From contig OZ024740.1 of assembly GCA_964016885.1 (NCBI GenBank), positions 323,950,001 through 324,014,000 of the forward strand: a stretch of DNA of 64,000 nucleotides, read 5' to 3'. Below are positions 46,124 to 60,325 of the stretch, piece by piece. This stretch comes from Eledone cirrhosa. Lineage: Eukaryota. The stretch's first letter is position 1, and each line of letters starts with the position of its first letter. Below the pieces are notes generated by a model. The model was not told the origin of the DNA. It did not search any database and worked only from the letters and a program-made list of their open reading frames with translations. A program made the position numbers and the translations under genes.

Positions 46124-46282
46124 GCGTGCGTGCGTGTGTCACGGCATAATGTATATTAGCTGTTTCTGATTGGTTACGTTCTGTTGATATGAACATTAAA
46201 AGGACCGGATACAGCTATGACAGCAATTTGAGTGGTAACTACCACTACTACTACCGCCAGCAATACCACCTTCACTACTACC

Positions 46283-46338
<56 letters not shown>

Positions 46339-46460
46339 CATCATCGTCAGCATCAATAGTAGTGTTTGATGAATGACAAAGGAGAAAAAGGAAGAAGAGT
46401 GTCGCACAATAACAATGTAGATGGATTTACAACAGTATATATAGAACATATATAGTGCTT

Positions 46461-46462
<2 letters not shown>

Positions 46463-46515
<53 letters not shown>

Positions 46516-46525
46516 ATACATATAA

Positions 46526-46556
<31 letters not shown>

Positions 46557-46569
46557 AACATACATATAA

Positions 46570-46615
<46 letters not shown>

Positions 46616-46621
46616 ACATAC

Positions 46622-46659
<38 letters not shown>

Positions 46660-47085
46660 GTATACATAATATATGTATACATAAAAACATACATATAAAT
46701 ATATATATATATATATATATACATATATACATATACATATAAACATACATATATATATATATATAATATATATATAAATATATATATATACATACATATA
46801 AATATATATATATATACATACATATAAACATACATATAAATATATATATACATTCATATAAATATATATATATATATACATTCATATAAATATATATATA
46901 CATACATAAATATAAATATATATATATATATACATATAAATATATATATATACATACATATAAATATATATATATATATACATACATACAAATATATATA
47001 TACATATATATAAATATATATATATATACATATATATAAATATATATATATATACATATATATAAATATATATATATATATACAT

Positions 47086-47138
<53 letters not shown>

Positions 47139-47187
47139 TATACACACACATATATATATATATATATACACACACATATATATATAT

Positions 47188-47267
<80 letters not shown>

Positions 47268-47285
47268 TAATTATATATATATAAA
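46463..47285. repeat. Degenerate (TA)n/(CATA)n microsatellite
   Basis: Direct reading. Confidence 0.95.
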
Positions 47286-49132
47286 TTTATATACAAACAC
47301 ACGTGTATGTGTGCATGTATCTACTCCTGCACGCATGTATATATGTATGTATATGATGTTAAGAATTCATAGAGAATTTTTTTAAACTAAAATCTTTTAC
47401 TCTGCCTTCAGGCAATTTGCTGTTGAGTCTATTGAAGACACACAGAAGAGAATTGTCAGTAATGACAATGATTCTTAGTAAAAGTGGAATATATAATGTA
47501 AAATATAAAGCAGTAAAGGTTTGATGTGATGAAGCAGAGGTTGAGTTGAGTGAAATTATGATTTAAATGTAATGGAATCATAAAATTGATGTGTGTATTT
47601 GTGTAATGTGTCAATAGAGGTCTTTAAATGTGTCAACATCAATAACAAGTTGACATTGATTAGGTAGAATGTATTAATATATTAGTCGCTATTCAGCTGA
47701 TAATAACTTCGTTGTGATCCACGTTCGCTTGATCTAATTTTAACTGTTCATTGCGTCTTATCTCATGTAGATGTTGTGACTGTTGTTGTTGGTTAGCATT
47801 AGATAAACCTTGATGGAGTAGATTTATATGATCAATGGGGTGACTGATTCACCCGTCTTTTATTTAGACAACATGTATCTACAGCTATATTGTTTAATGC
47901 ATCGTTTTTGTTGTTGTTTTTTTTTTTTAAATAAAATCCGTCCTCGCACTTTGAACTGAGAGATAGCAATGAAAATGAAATGAAAACTGAGATTTACAGC
48001 TCACATCTATGCAGCTTTAGCTAACCTTCCACAAAGTTACATCACAAAGAACTCTTCTCGGCTGTTTTAGTGATAGATACCCCAGTTGTATCATAGATAG
48101 CAACATAAAATGATGCGTCTTGGTCAAGGATACTGACTGCATATCGCCTGATCCAGGAATCAAATCCAAGACTTTATTGTGAATCCAACACCCTAAGCAT
48201 CAGGTCACGCACCGTTACTGGCAGGTGGCAATGCAAGATAATGAATGACTTCTCAAATTTACAGTATTGCAACCTCTACTACTAATGCACTCACACACAT
48301 TGATGGCCTTGAATATTAGAGAGTTGTATGCTTTTATTCTCGAAATAAGGCGGTGACTTGACCCTGATTCGAACCTGTAAACATACGATTCGATATCAGT
48401 TATATCCACTGTCCCTAAACTAATGCAACTGTCTATTATCATTCACAAAGTCGTCATTAAACGTCCATTTCCCCATCTAGCAAGGTTTGAACGGGACGTC
48501 ACAGATCAAGTCAGTACTTGATCGGAGCCACTAACTTTTCAGATGGATCAGGACCTCATCAAGCTTGCATACGTTTCTGCACTCTACAGAGAGAAATCTG
48601 TGCATTTTATGGCATCAGTACGAGAGAGGTGGTCATGTCTTCTCTAGCCTTTGTCTAGAAAGTTTTCTACGGCTGGATTCCCTTCCTATCACCAACCACT
48701 CTATAGTGTGAACTAGATGCGTTTTATTGAGTCACCAACACTAGAGATGTTACCGTGCCCCTTTGACACAACTTAAGAGTCTTCTCAACAATATTTGGTA
48801 TGGATAGCTTTCCTATCCTCATATCATGGCACCAGCACTAATGAGGATAGCGGTTATTGACTGAACTGAAGTGCCTACCCACCCCACCCCATGAGGGAGA
48901 TATGATTGAAAAGGAAATATATGAAGTGACCAAAGTGAGTTACAAAAGAAGAGATAACTGCTAGGATGTTGTAGAAGAGAATGAGGCGATGACAGCTTTA
49001 CATACGAATGAAATGAAAGTCCTCTACACAATAGGAACAGTTGAAATAATAATATATGAACGTCCAAAGTGGGTTAAGATAGAAGAAAGCATTCCAAGTT
49101 AGGAGAGACAGAGAGCTAGAGAGAGAGAGAGC

Positions 49133-49201
<69 letters not shown>

Positions 49202-49402
49202 TGAAGTGAAAGAGAGACAGAGACAGGCAGAAAGTGAGAGAAAGAGACAGAGACAGAAAGTGAGAGAAAGAGACAGAGAAAGAAAGAGAAACAGGGAGAG
49301 AAAGAGTGAGAGATAGACAGACATATATATATATATATATATGTAGGAGGTGAGTTTTATTGTAGCACAATAATGTGTGAGCATATATATATATATATAT
49401 AT

Positions 49403-49447
<45 letters not shown>

Positions 49448-49929
49448 ACATCTTTACATAACACTGAAATCAAAGTCCTACTGTCAACAGCTCATGGATC
49501 TTAAGACATATTCAGAAGTAACTGTACGTGACTTAACAGTGAAAACATTACAAAAGTTAATGACTATCTGACGATCTGTTGCAGCCATTACTGTTATTGT
49601 TATTATATAAGGCAAACTCTGCACTTAAAGCTTCATCAGTTAATCCTTATGTATGTGTGTGCGTAAGTACAAGTGTTTGTATGAGAGAGCGTTGGATCAG
49701 GTGTGTATGTGTGTGTGATGAGAGAGAGCGTATGCTCAGGTGCGTATGTGTGTGTTTGAGCATGTATATGTCCGTGTGTGAGCATATATGTGCGTGTGTG
49801 TGTGAGCATATATGTGTGTGTGTGTGTGTGTGTGTATGTGTGTGTGTCTGTGTGCGTGAGTGTGAGCATGTATGTGTGTGTATCTGTGGATGTGTCTATG
49901 TGTGAGCATGTGTGTGTAAGTGTGTGAGC

Positions 49930-49985
<56 letters not shown>

Positions 49986-50378
49986 GTGTGTGCGTGTTTG
50001 TACGTGTACGTGTACGTGTATGTGTATGTGTATGTGTATATGTATATGTGTGTGTGTGTAACAATTAGTGATGTCTGACAGTGACAGGATCAAAAGTGTT
50101 AACTCCATTTCTAAACCATTTAAATAGATTTCTATTGGGCTATGAATAGCTCAAGCTGTGTCATGTGACAAGGTCACGACAAATATTATGTGAAATGATG
50201 CAACTCACACAAATGACATGTGTATTATATGTCAGTATTATGATTAGTAGCATTGCTTCGCCGAAAACTGTGTCACTGGATTTGTTGCTACCGAACAACA
50301 GCGTGTGTTAATTCCTTCAGAGAAACTATAACGCAACGTTCGACTTAAATTTCTGTAAATACTCACGCACGCACGCAC

Positions 50379-50478
<100 letters not shown>

Positions 50479-50584
50479 ATGTGTGTATAGGCTTAAGGTA
50501 GATACAACTACTGTTCGCTACTTACAAGCCTTGGCCTTAAAAATAATATCAACTATTGCCCCGTACACAGAAAAACGAAACACC

Positions 50585-50642
<58 letters not shown>

Positions 50643-50870
50643 CATCATCGTTTAACCTCCATCTTCTCTACGCTAGCATGGGTCAGGTGACCGTGTCGCG
50701 CTCGCATAAGACTGTTTCTGGCTGGTTTTCTACGGCTGGATGCCCTTCCTAACCCAACCACATTTATAGTGTGTGCTGGGTGCTTTTTACCATGTCTCCT
50801 ATTCGACCATTTTACAGTGTGGACTGGGTGCTTTTTGTCGTTACACCTACACGACCACTTTATACAGTGT
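50643..50870 (-). mobile_element. SINE family 3 3' half (Meta-domain-like core); relative at 48450-48760
   Basis: ttttctacggctggat(g/t)cccttccta..ccaaccac shared by both loci; catcatcgtttaac terminus. Confidence 0.65.
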
Positions 50871-50874
50871 GGGC

Positions 50875-50922
<48 letters not shown>

Positions 50923-51962
50923 TAAAACAACAGGAGGTTGAATTGGGGATAGTCTTGCAAAAAAACTCTATATATGTTTCAATGGCCTAGTTACGTAAGA
51001 TTCTAGCGACACCATCAGGTTCGACTTGTATAATTAGTTAAGCAATAAACGGATTTACGGCTATCATGCACGTATGATTATATATGCACGAAAAGTAAAC
51101 AAAAAACAAGAAAGCAGACAATACAGTACAATGAGGAATTATAGTCAGATATATAACGTTGGACACTATTTCTGAGGTGGACGACAGAATAGATGTACTT
51201 CGTCAAGGTTAATACTATGGAATTTGGGTTAGGGTTAAACTGCTATCGATTAATCAGAATATTGATAAAACTGTTATTTTACCCTTTGAAACGAACGTAA
51301 AACAACGGATTAATTAAATACTAAACTTCGTCTTATTTATTTTTATTGTTCCGTATGTATGTATGTATGTATGTATGTATGTATGTATGTATGTATGTAT
51401 GTATGTATGTATGTATGTATGTATGTATGTATGTATGTATGGCTAAACAGTGAGTCTTGTTACTCTGAAGCTTCACCTGCTTATCACTATTTAGGCTTTA
51501 AAAAAATGAATATTAAAACTCTACTTCGGGACCGAGCACTCCTTTCTCCCAGCCGTCAACCACATACGGATATATATATATTTATAGCGACTTAAGTATA
51601 CGACTACAAAATGAGTATTTCGGTAAAATGCTCCGAAAGCTGTGAAGATCTCAAAGCAAAATATGGCGTTGGCGAAATACGAGTCAAGTATTTAGAGTTT
51701 GATAATGGTTTCAGCGTGTTATGTAAGAAAATACATCGTGCTGAGATTACAACATTACAACTGCTCCTTATATACGGGGTTGTTAGATAAATACTTTGAA
51801 ACAGAAGACTACCTCATTCAACTGACACCAGGTATCATGTTGGTGTCTGTGTTAATACATCAAAATCACGCTATGTGAGCGGGATATATTACTGCATTAC
51901 TCTATTCCGTGTTCCAGCCGAGACAGGCTGAGGCCATGCTTGCAATAAAGAACACTCATAAT

Positions 51963-52145
51963 TGTTTCTACTTTTGGCACAAGGCCAGCATTTATCCCAG
52001 TGTATTACTGGTACTTTATTTTATCGACCCCGTAAGGATGAAAGGCAAAGTTAACCTCGGCGGGATTTGAACTCAGATCATAAAGGGCCGTAACTCAACG
52101 CGTCAAATCATGGCGTGCGACCCTCTACCGATACTGCCAATCCAC
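51963..52145 (-). mobile_element. SINE family 1 about 28 bp from the Prickle exon donor
   Basis: Family consensus; cactcataat duplicated at 51953 and 52143. Confidence 0.88.
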
Positions 52146-52173
52146 TCATAATAAAAGGTAATTTCTGACTAAC

Positions 52174-52354
52174 CTGCTCTGGTTTCAATCCTGGTGGCAC
52201 CCACGTATATTCCTCCAGGGGACAGCCGCTATCATCATCGGAAGTTGAATTCCGTTTCACATTGTGAACGCTTTTATCCGGATGTTTTTCTTTCTCTGAG
52301 ACACCTCCCAGATCGTGGATTTCATAGGGACACTTGCAATGTAAGCAGATTTTC
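52174..52354 (-). CDS. prickle: Internal coding exon of a Prickle-family planar-cell-polarity gene (Cys-rich segment and start of the PET domain)
   Basis: Translates (R)[14 protein letters not shown]...[27 protein letters not shown], matching the Prickle motifs RKICxHCKCP and [23 protein letters not shown]. Acceptor tttcag|G (AG at 52356-52355, pyrimidine-rich tract), donor CAG|gttagt (GT at 52173-52172). 181 nt, phase 2 to phase 0. Confidence 0.93.
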
Positions 52355-52489
52355 CTGAAACAACAAAAAATATATACATTAGTCTTTTCTTCTTTGACAT
52401 CATCATCATCATTATTATTATTAACGCCATTAAAACTAAAATTATAAAACAAAATACGTTATTATCTCAAGAACAAAGAACCAGCATTG

Positions 52490-52833
52490 TATACAGCAAG
52501 TCTTATTGGTATTGAGTTACCACCCTTTACGTTCTGAGTTCAAATCAAGCCGAGATTAACTTTGCCTTTCATCCTTACGGTGTCGATTAAATAAAGCACC
52601 AGTAATGCACTGAGGTCGATTTAATCGATATTTCCTCTTCCCCCAAAAATAGCTGGCCTTGAGCCTAAAGTAGAAACAGTTTTTATTATTATTTTGCAGC
52701 ATAGAGTTACACACGTTTACGGTCTGAGTTCAAATCACACCGAGGTTAACATTGCCTTTCATCCTTACGGGGTGGATAGCATAAAACTCAGTAATGAACT
52801 GGGATAATTGCTGGCCTTGTGCCAAAAATAGAA
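52490..52833 (+). mobile_element. Two SINE family 1 copies on the acceptor side of the Prickle exon
   Basis: Core gagttcaaatc..ccgag.ttaac.ttgcctttcatccttacgg occurs twice. Confidence 0.85.
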
Positions 52834-53243
52834 CTTATTATTATTATTATTAGTAGTAGTAGTAGTAGTAGTAATAGTAGTAGTAGTAGTAGTAGTACTA
52901 GTAGTAGTAGCAGCAGCAGCAGCAGTTGTGGTATTCCAATTTATATATTCTTTTCTGTTGTTTTTGCTGTTCAGATCACTATATATCTGCCAGTTAAACC
53001 ATTCACCGAAGATGTTTATTTGATAAGATATTTTCCGATAAAATCTTTCATATGTTAATAAATTAGAGGCGAAATAAAAACAAAAACGGTAATTTTTCCA
53101 TTCCAATTAGCTATTTCCGATTCATTATATGATAATATATTTATCTACAAATGCATGCTTGCAGTCAGATGCATACATAATTATAAACTCATACATATAG
53201 GTATATAGACAAACACACAGGCATATAAAGTTATACGTTATGC

Positions 53244-53344
<101 letters not shown>

Positions 53345-54003
53345 AATTTGCTACAAGAGGCAATGGTGCTTTTAAAGATGAGACTGCAGAGACACACAAC
53401 CAATCTTTACTGTAGCAATGCGTGTTTCGATTCCTGTAGACGATTATGTCACTCGTATATAAAAATGCATAAAAACTATTAATCGCTATAGTGTGTGCGT
53501 GTGTGTGTGTGCGTGTGCGTGTGTGTGTGTGTGTTGCAGTACAGATTTGGAAGAAATATCCAATGGTAAGAGTACTCAGTCCATAGGACGGGGTTAAGTA
53601 TAATTAGTTACAACAGTGGCATATTCAGGTACTGAAGTTTTGTTGAGATATATAATCCAACAAAACTTGAGCGCCTGTATATGGCACTGTTGTGATTAAT
53701 TGAGTGAGTGTGCGTATGTGTAAGTGTGCGTGTTTGTTTGTGTGTGCGTGTGCGTGTGTGTGTGTGTGTATGTGTGTGTGTGTGTGTGTGTCCCTCACAA
53801 AAATACGTCTGTCAGCAAAGATATTAAGTGACGTTAGATTAGCGGAAATTTATCACTTCAACGTTGTTTATGTTAAACATATTTTTCAGTGTAACGAATA
53901 TTTTGAAACGTAATGCTCGTATAAATTTTAAAAACTTGATTCAGTGGAATGCTAAGCACTTGTCCGATGCTCTAACAACTTTGCCAATCCACCGTTCTAT
54001 TAA

Positions 54004-54620
54004 TAATTGTTTCTACTTTAGGCACAAGGCCAGCAAATTACCCAGTGCATTACTGGTACTTTATTTTATCGACCCCGTAAGGATGAAAGGCAAAGTCAAC
54101 CTCGGCGAGATTTGAACTCAGATCGTAAAGGGACGTAACTATGCTGGAAAGCATGGCGTCCGACCCTCCACCGATACTGCCAATCCACAATAATGATTTC
54201 TACTTTAGGCACAAGCCCAGCAATTTGTGGAGAGGGGAAACTCGATTAAATTGACCCCAGTGCATTACTGGTGCTTTATCTTATCGACCCTGTAAGGATG
54301 AAAGGCAAAGTTAACCTCGGCGGGATTTGAACTCAGAACGTAAAGAGACGTAACAATGCCGCGAAGTAAGGTGTCCGACGCTCTACCGACCTCACCGTTG
54401 TATTAATAATGATTTATAATATAGGCGCAAGGCCAGTAATTTTGGAGGAGGGGAAAGTCGATTAAATCGACCTCAGTACGTTACTGATGCTTTATTTTAT
54501 CGACCCCGTAAGGATGAGAGGCAAAGTTAACCTCGGCGGGATTTGAACTCAGAATGGCAAGGGTCATAACTCTATGAGTCAAAGCATGGCGTCCGACCCT
54601 CTACCGATACTGCCAATCCA
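54004..54620 (-). mobile_element. Three tandem SINE family 1 copies
   Basis: Consensus at about 54004, 54192 and 54408, head-to-tail. Confidence 0.88.
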
Positions 54621-55200
54621 ATGAAATTCTATACACTTTCTAAGTGAATTTGAGAGAATGTCACAGTATTTATTAAGATTTGAGACAATATGTCATAAAG
54701 GTTAAATTGCATCGCCCCCCCCCCCCCCCCTAGTACACCTCCCCTACCACATCTATCACTCTATGATGTTCTTTCTATCGCACTGTGTCGTTCAATATGT
54801 CAGTTCATCTGATATGACGGGGAGTGTGGGTGGGAGGTGGGGCGAAGTTCATACCATTGTTCAGTCGGTTTTAAAATTGTTTATTATATGTTAGAAAAAT
54901 AATAATAATAATAATAATAATAATAATCGAAACCGACAGGCCACATAAAGAGGTGGTGGGGGCTTTCATTTAGTAATAGCAACTGTGATATTAGGCGACA
55001 TTTATGGAGTGTGTGTGAGTGAAGGGGAGAGGATGATGAAGGACAGAGGGTGGTAAAGGGAAGATGAAGCGCAGGGGAGAAAGAGAGTGTGAGGAGGGAA
55101 AAAGACTGTGTAAGATGTAAAGTGTGTGTGGTGCAGCAGTGATTTCTAGGTGACTGAGTACAAGATGCACGTGGCATTGATTTTTTGGACACAGGTGTAT

Positions 55201-55276
<76 letters not shown>

Positions 55277-55296
55277 TGCGGGCAATATAAGGACAA

Positions 55297-55401
55297 AGCC
55301 GTCGGGGTCTTACTTTTTCCTATTTCCCATTCTACTACCCTAAGTATTGAGTACTCTGGTGCGTTATGGCCCTTCTGGTTCCTTACCACAATTCCTTTGT
55401 T
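55297..55401. mobile_element. Family A element, opposite orientation, no inverted arm
   Basis: agccgtcggggtcttac..taccctaagtattgagtact..ccttaccaca..gtt-(AT)n. Confidence 0.7.
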
Positions 55402-55652
55402 ATATATATACACACACAAAAGTACAGCATATTCGAAGTTCGAGTAGCATCTAAGCCAAAGAATGCCTTCAGCAGTGCAGCCAAGCACTCGACAAGGTAT
55501 AGACCTCAGAGTAATAACATACAGTTTAAAGGGCTTTGCAAATTGAAAATAGCGACCGCTAATTCAGCCGCGTGATCTGTAGCAACGAAAGAACTGACTA
55601 GTGAGAAAAAAATACACACACACATATATATATATATATAGAGAGAGAGAGA

Positions 55653-56805
55653 CAGATCTTTACACTACGCAACATTCTCGAACAATGCGTTGAGCTACAA
55701 CAGCCTTTGGCGGTCAATTTTATTGATTTCTAGAAGGTATTCGGCAGTGTACACCGGGAGTCGCTGTGGAATGTTGCGCAACTGTACGGCATTCCTGCAA
55801 GATTCATCGCCATTTTCAAGACCCTGTATCAAAATTCCAACTGCTGCGTGCGGACTGAGTCTGGTGTGACGGAGTTCTTTGACATTGTCTCCGGAGTCAG
55901 ACAGGGTTGCATTCTCTCTCCACTGTTGTTCCTGCTGGCAGCCGATTCCGTACTAAGGCGAATGGATGAAGGACTTGGTCAAGAAATCCCATGGAGAGGG
56001 CAGTCGAGGCTGAGGGACCTGGCATTCGCCGACGACATCGCTTTGATCGCTGAAAACAGTGCATATCTGCAGGCCCTAGCAACATCCCTACAAGAGAGTG
56101 TGGAAAAGATCGGCCTGAGAATCAACACCAAAAAGACCAAGGTCATGAGAACGGCCAGTAACACAGGTCCAGTGATCAGAATCAACTTCGAGGAAGTCGA
56201 TCACTTCACCTATCTGGGCAGCATCCTAACAAGCAGCGGCGACGCGGAGCTCGACATCAACTGTCGGATCGGCAAAGGAGCCGCAGTTTTCCCGCGGCTG
56301 TGCCCAGTCTGGTCGTCTTCATGCATTAGCACCAAGACCAAGCTCTGCCCGTACAAGAGCATCGTGCTGCCGACAGGGCTTTATGCGGGCGAGACCTGGA
56401 AGAGTACGGCAAAAATAGAGAGACGGCTGAACGCTTTCCACCAGCGGTGCCTGCGAAAGATCCTTCGTGTGTCCTGGCGTGACCGAGTGCGAAACGAGGA
56501 GATCCTGCGGAGAGCCGGGTCGTGGATGCCACAGAGAATGGTCACAGAGCGTCGGTGCCGTCTGGCTGGCCATATTCTGCGTCTGCCAAATGAACGGCAT
56601 TGAAAAACAGCGATAAACTGGACTCCGCCTGGCGGTAAACGGAGGCGGGGTTGCCCAAGGATCACCTGGCGACGAACGTTGCGGAAGGAGCTGATGGCAG
56701 CCAACATCACCTGGCATGGTCTCGAAAAAGTTGCCGCTGGTCGTGACCGTTGTCGAGTACTTACTGCTCGATGCGCCGAACGGCGCGGAAGAATCTAAGA
56801 CTAAG
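55653..56805 (+). mobile_element. 5'-truncated RTE-clade non-LTR retrotransposon (RT pseudogene)
   Basis: One frame reads QIFTLRNILEQC..FIDF*K..SVHRESLW..GVRQGCILSPLLF..LAFADDIAL..FTYLGS..WTPPGGKRRRGCPRITWRR..RGRI*. In-frame stops at 55731 and 56601, natural stop 56796-56798, then a short (ctaaga)2 tail. Possible TSD atatatag(a/g)gagaga-like at 55634-55650 and 56806-56822 (1 mismatch). Confidence 0.93.
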
Positions 56806-57154
56806 ATATATAGAAAGAGAGATGGGTGGGAGGGAGGGGGTTATTTAAAAGAGTCGAAATCATTGTTGCAGCATATGTTCAAACTTTATTTGCATATTAC
56901 AATTGTTTCGATATTGATCAGCTCAGAGTACAATCATGGTGACGGGGCCCCGACTCTTTTTCGACATCTCGTCAGATATGTGAGCTTATATGTGCAAAGA
57001 CATATATATATATATGATAAGGTATGAACGACTAAATCTCTTCAAAGTCAGGCTCTAGCACGACCGCCTTCTCACGACTTAACCATAAAACTAATTTATA
57101 TCAACATTGTGCTGCATTGTTCTACTGTGATACTTTGCCGTGTTGACTTTTAGC

Positions 57155-57244
<90 letters not shown>

Positions 57245-57343
57245 GATATACATATATATATACAAAACTAACCAGAATTATATATATATAATGAATACAA
57301 ATAACCAGGATTATATATATATATAATGAATAAAAATAACCAG

Positions 57344-57388
<45 letters not shown>

Positions 57389-57813
57389 CCTAGTTATTTT
57401 GTTCATCACACACACACACGTAGAACAGTGGATCATTCATCAGTGTGTTATTGGCTGCCACATGGCATTTTTATAGATTGAACGATTACAGGCCAATAAA
57501 ATGGCGTAATCAAAAACTTCATCTTGCAATCTTACACGTATATAAGCAGACTATTAACATCAACAGTCCGTATATTGAGGCTTGATGTATGTTGTTGGCA
57601 AGCTAGAATTTAATCAAAACCTTAATCTTTCCAGCTTACACGTTTACATAAGCAAACTATGACACCAACAGTTGTATATTCAGGGCTGATATCTGTTGTG
57701 GGGAAATCTTGGATTACACGCCAACGGTTAAAAGGTCTCATTACATGACAGGGACATTTCAACAAAACTTGAATTTGAAAACAGCCAGGAGGAGAGACGA
57801 TAAACACACACAC

Positions 57814-57886
<73 letters not shown>

Positions 57887-58461
57887 CTATCACTAGTTAT
57901 TTAAATAGTAGTATTTTTAGTATATATTTTCTACTGTTGAGTAGACTATCCAAATATCCAAAGTGTTAGGTAAGCTAGATATTAACTATTTTGTGTAAAC
58001 AAGTTTTCCTTTTTAATCAGAAAGAAACCACATTAAATAGTGTCAGAATAAAACAATGTTCACATATAGAGCACACATTTCGATTTCTGAATGGTTAACT
58101 ATAAACATTTTCGAAAGCATGAGAAATAGCAATCGCCTTCTTCACTTTTAATTTAAAAAAAAAAATTATTTTCGATTAGTTTGTATAGATTAAACAGACC
58201 AGTGCTATTTCTGTAAATGGACTCGGTTCGTGCGAACTCGGAAGACGGAAATTTTAAAATTTCAATCTTCTTGTATAGTAGCCCTTTTGAATTACATGTT
58301 GAGGACATCAGAAGAACTACCACAAAGTTTCTGCCTTGTTAATTTCCCTTACGAGATCTGGGTCTACTCGAGGGAATGGTAAAATGCCCTTTCCCATGAT
58401 GCCACGTAGTGGACCGAACATGAGACCTTATTGTTAAGAGGTTCACTTCTCAACCACTTGG

Positions 58462-58545
<84 letters not shown>

Positions 58546-58768
58546 CATTTCCTTCATTATATATATATACAAAAATTTTTCCTGTGTTCAGTTTTTTTCG
58601 TTGCTACGACAATGCGGCCAGACTGTCGGTCTCTATATTTGATTTGCAAAGCTGTCTAAACGTATTGTTATAACTCTGGGGTAATATTCTCCATCGAGTG
58701 CTAAGCTGCATTCCGAATCTGCATTCGTTAGCTTGGCCGCAGCCAAAAGCTTCGTTGATGCTGTACTA

Positions 58769-58807
<39 letters not shown>

Positions 58808-59401
58808 AAAATACTGCAGGTAGCACATGGATAACATGTAATAAAATGAGTCCCTCATCAGTGATTTGCCGACGATCATCGATATTTCATTGCATTAAAA
58901 ATCATATACCTCACGTCGGTGCAATAATAACCAAAATAAGTTATTAGGACAATTGAAACGCGTAAAGCGAGTGAGACAGGAGAACAACACAGAGTATAGC
59001 TAACCGTAGGGGAAAGAAACAAGCTTCAAAATTATTCTGTTTAGCATAAGCTAGGTGAATATATGAGCGCTTTTAGAAAACAGACCTGACACGAACTCTG
59101 GCCATGTGAGAAGAGAGAAAAATAGCCTTCGTGGTGTACAGGATGAAATGAAGAGAAGAGAAATATATATTTACACACATGTACGCATGTTTCAAACGTA
59201 TGTATGTATGTATGTGGGGGTTTTTGTTCATTTCTTTAACAATTTGGCTTATTTTTTAACCCAAATACTTTTATCTATATATTTTGTGTGGTGATGATAA
59301 CGATGATGATGCTGATTATAACAAGAAAAACGTTGTTCATGCTGACAACGAAGAGAAAGATGTTAATGAATGACTGTAAATGTCACGGCCATTACAGTAA
59401 C

Positions 59402-59444
<43 letters not shown>

Positions 59445-59571
59445 GTTCAGTGATGCTGTTGTATATGTCCTGTAGTCATGTTCTGTGTATAATTAGAGTC
59501 TGTTTGTTGACACAGTAGTGCGAAAGAGGCTGGTTGTGTTAGTGATGTTATAAATGGCCATGCACAGCCAC

Positions 59572-59642
<71 letters not shown>

Positions 59643-60099
59643 AGAGAGAGAGAGAGAGAGAGAGAGATGTAGTCATGGACGCTGTATAATTAGGCTGTGA
59701 TTGTAGCGAGAGAGTGGCTAGCTGTGTCAGTCAAGAAGTCAATGTCATCTGTATTTATCTCTCGACACAACACCATTAAAAAATATATATATATATAAAC
59801 AGCAATAAATAACAACAACAACAACGTACATGTACATGAAATCTATATATTCTCTCACTTACGTCCTATTACTTTATCTGTATGTCAGTGTAGCTATCAA
59901 ACTTGGACGTACACCTCTTTCTCTCTCACACACACACACACGGTCCTCCGTCGGTGAAATGGAAAATGAGTGCTCCAGTTCTTTCGATTAACAGAACAGC
60001 TTGCTACTAAAATTAACGGGCAAGTGGCTAAGCATTCCACATACCTACATAATATATACAGAGAAAGATATATATATATATATATATCTATATATATAT

Positions 60100-60257
60100 A
60101 ACGAAGGAAATGTGGTAAGGAACCAGGTGGACCATAACGCACCAAAGTACTCAATACTTAGGGTAGTAGAGTGGGTAATAGGAACAAGTAAGACCCCTGG
60201 ACTCTGAATTAGCCGTCGAAACGGCTTGAGCTCAGCCGTCGGGGTCTTACTTGTTCC

Positions 60258-60260
<3 letters not shown>
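60100..60260. mobile_element. Tail+hairpin element, family A
   Basis: Near-identical tail to 28897, shorter first arm, (TA)n on both sides. Confidence 0.8.

Positions 60261-60325
<65 letters not shown>

Noticed and set aside
51222-51240. tttgggttagggtta as interstitial telomere
   Set aside because: Only about two units; expected by chance or within a repeat.
52108-52452. The full 114-aa ORF as a standalone gene
   Set aside because: Only 52174-52354 is Prickle-like and splice-bounded; the rest is intron and SINE.
55897-56717. Minus-strand ORFs over the LINE
   Set aside because: Antisense shadows of the GC-rich RT frame.
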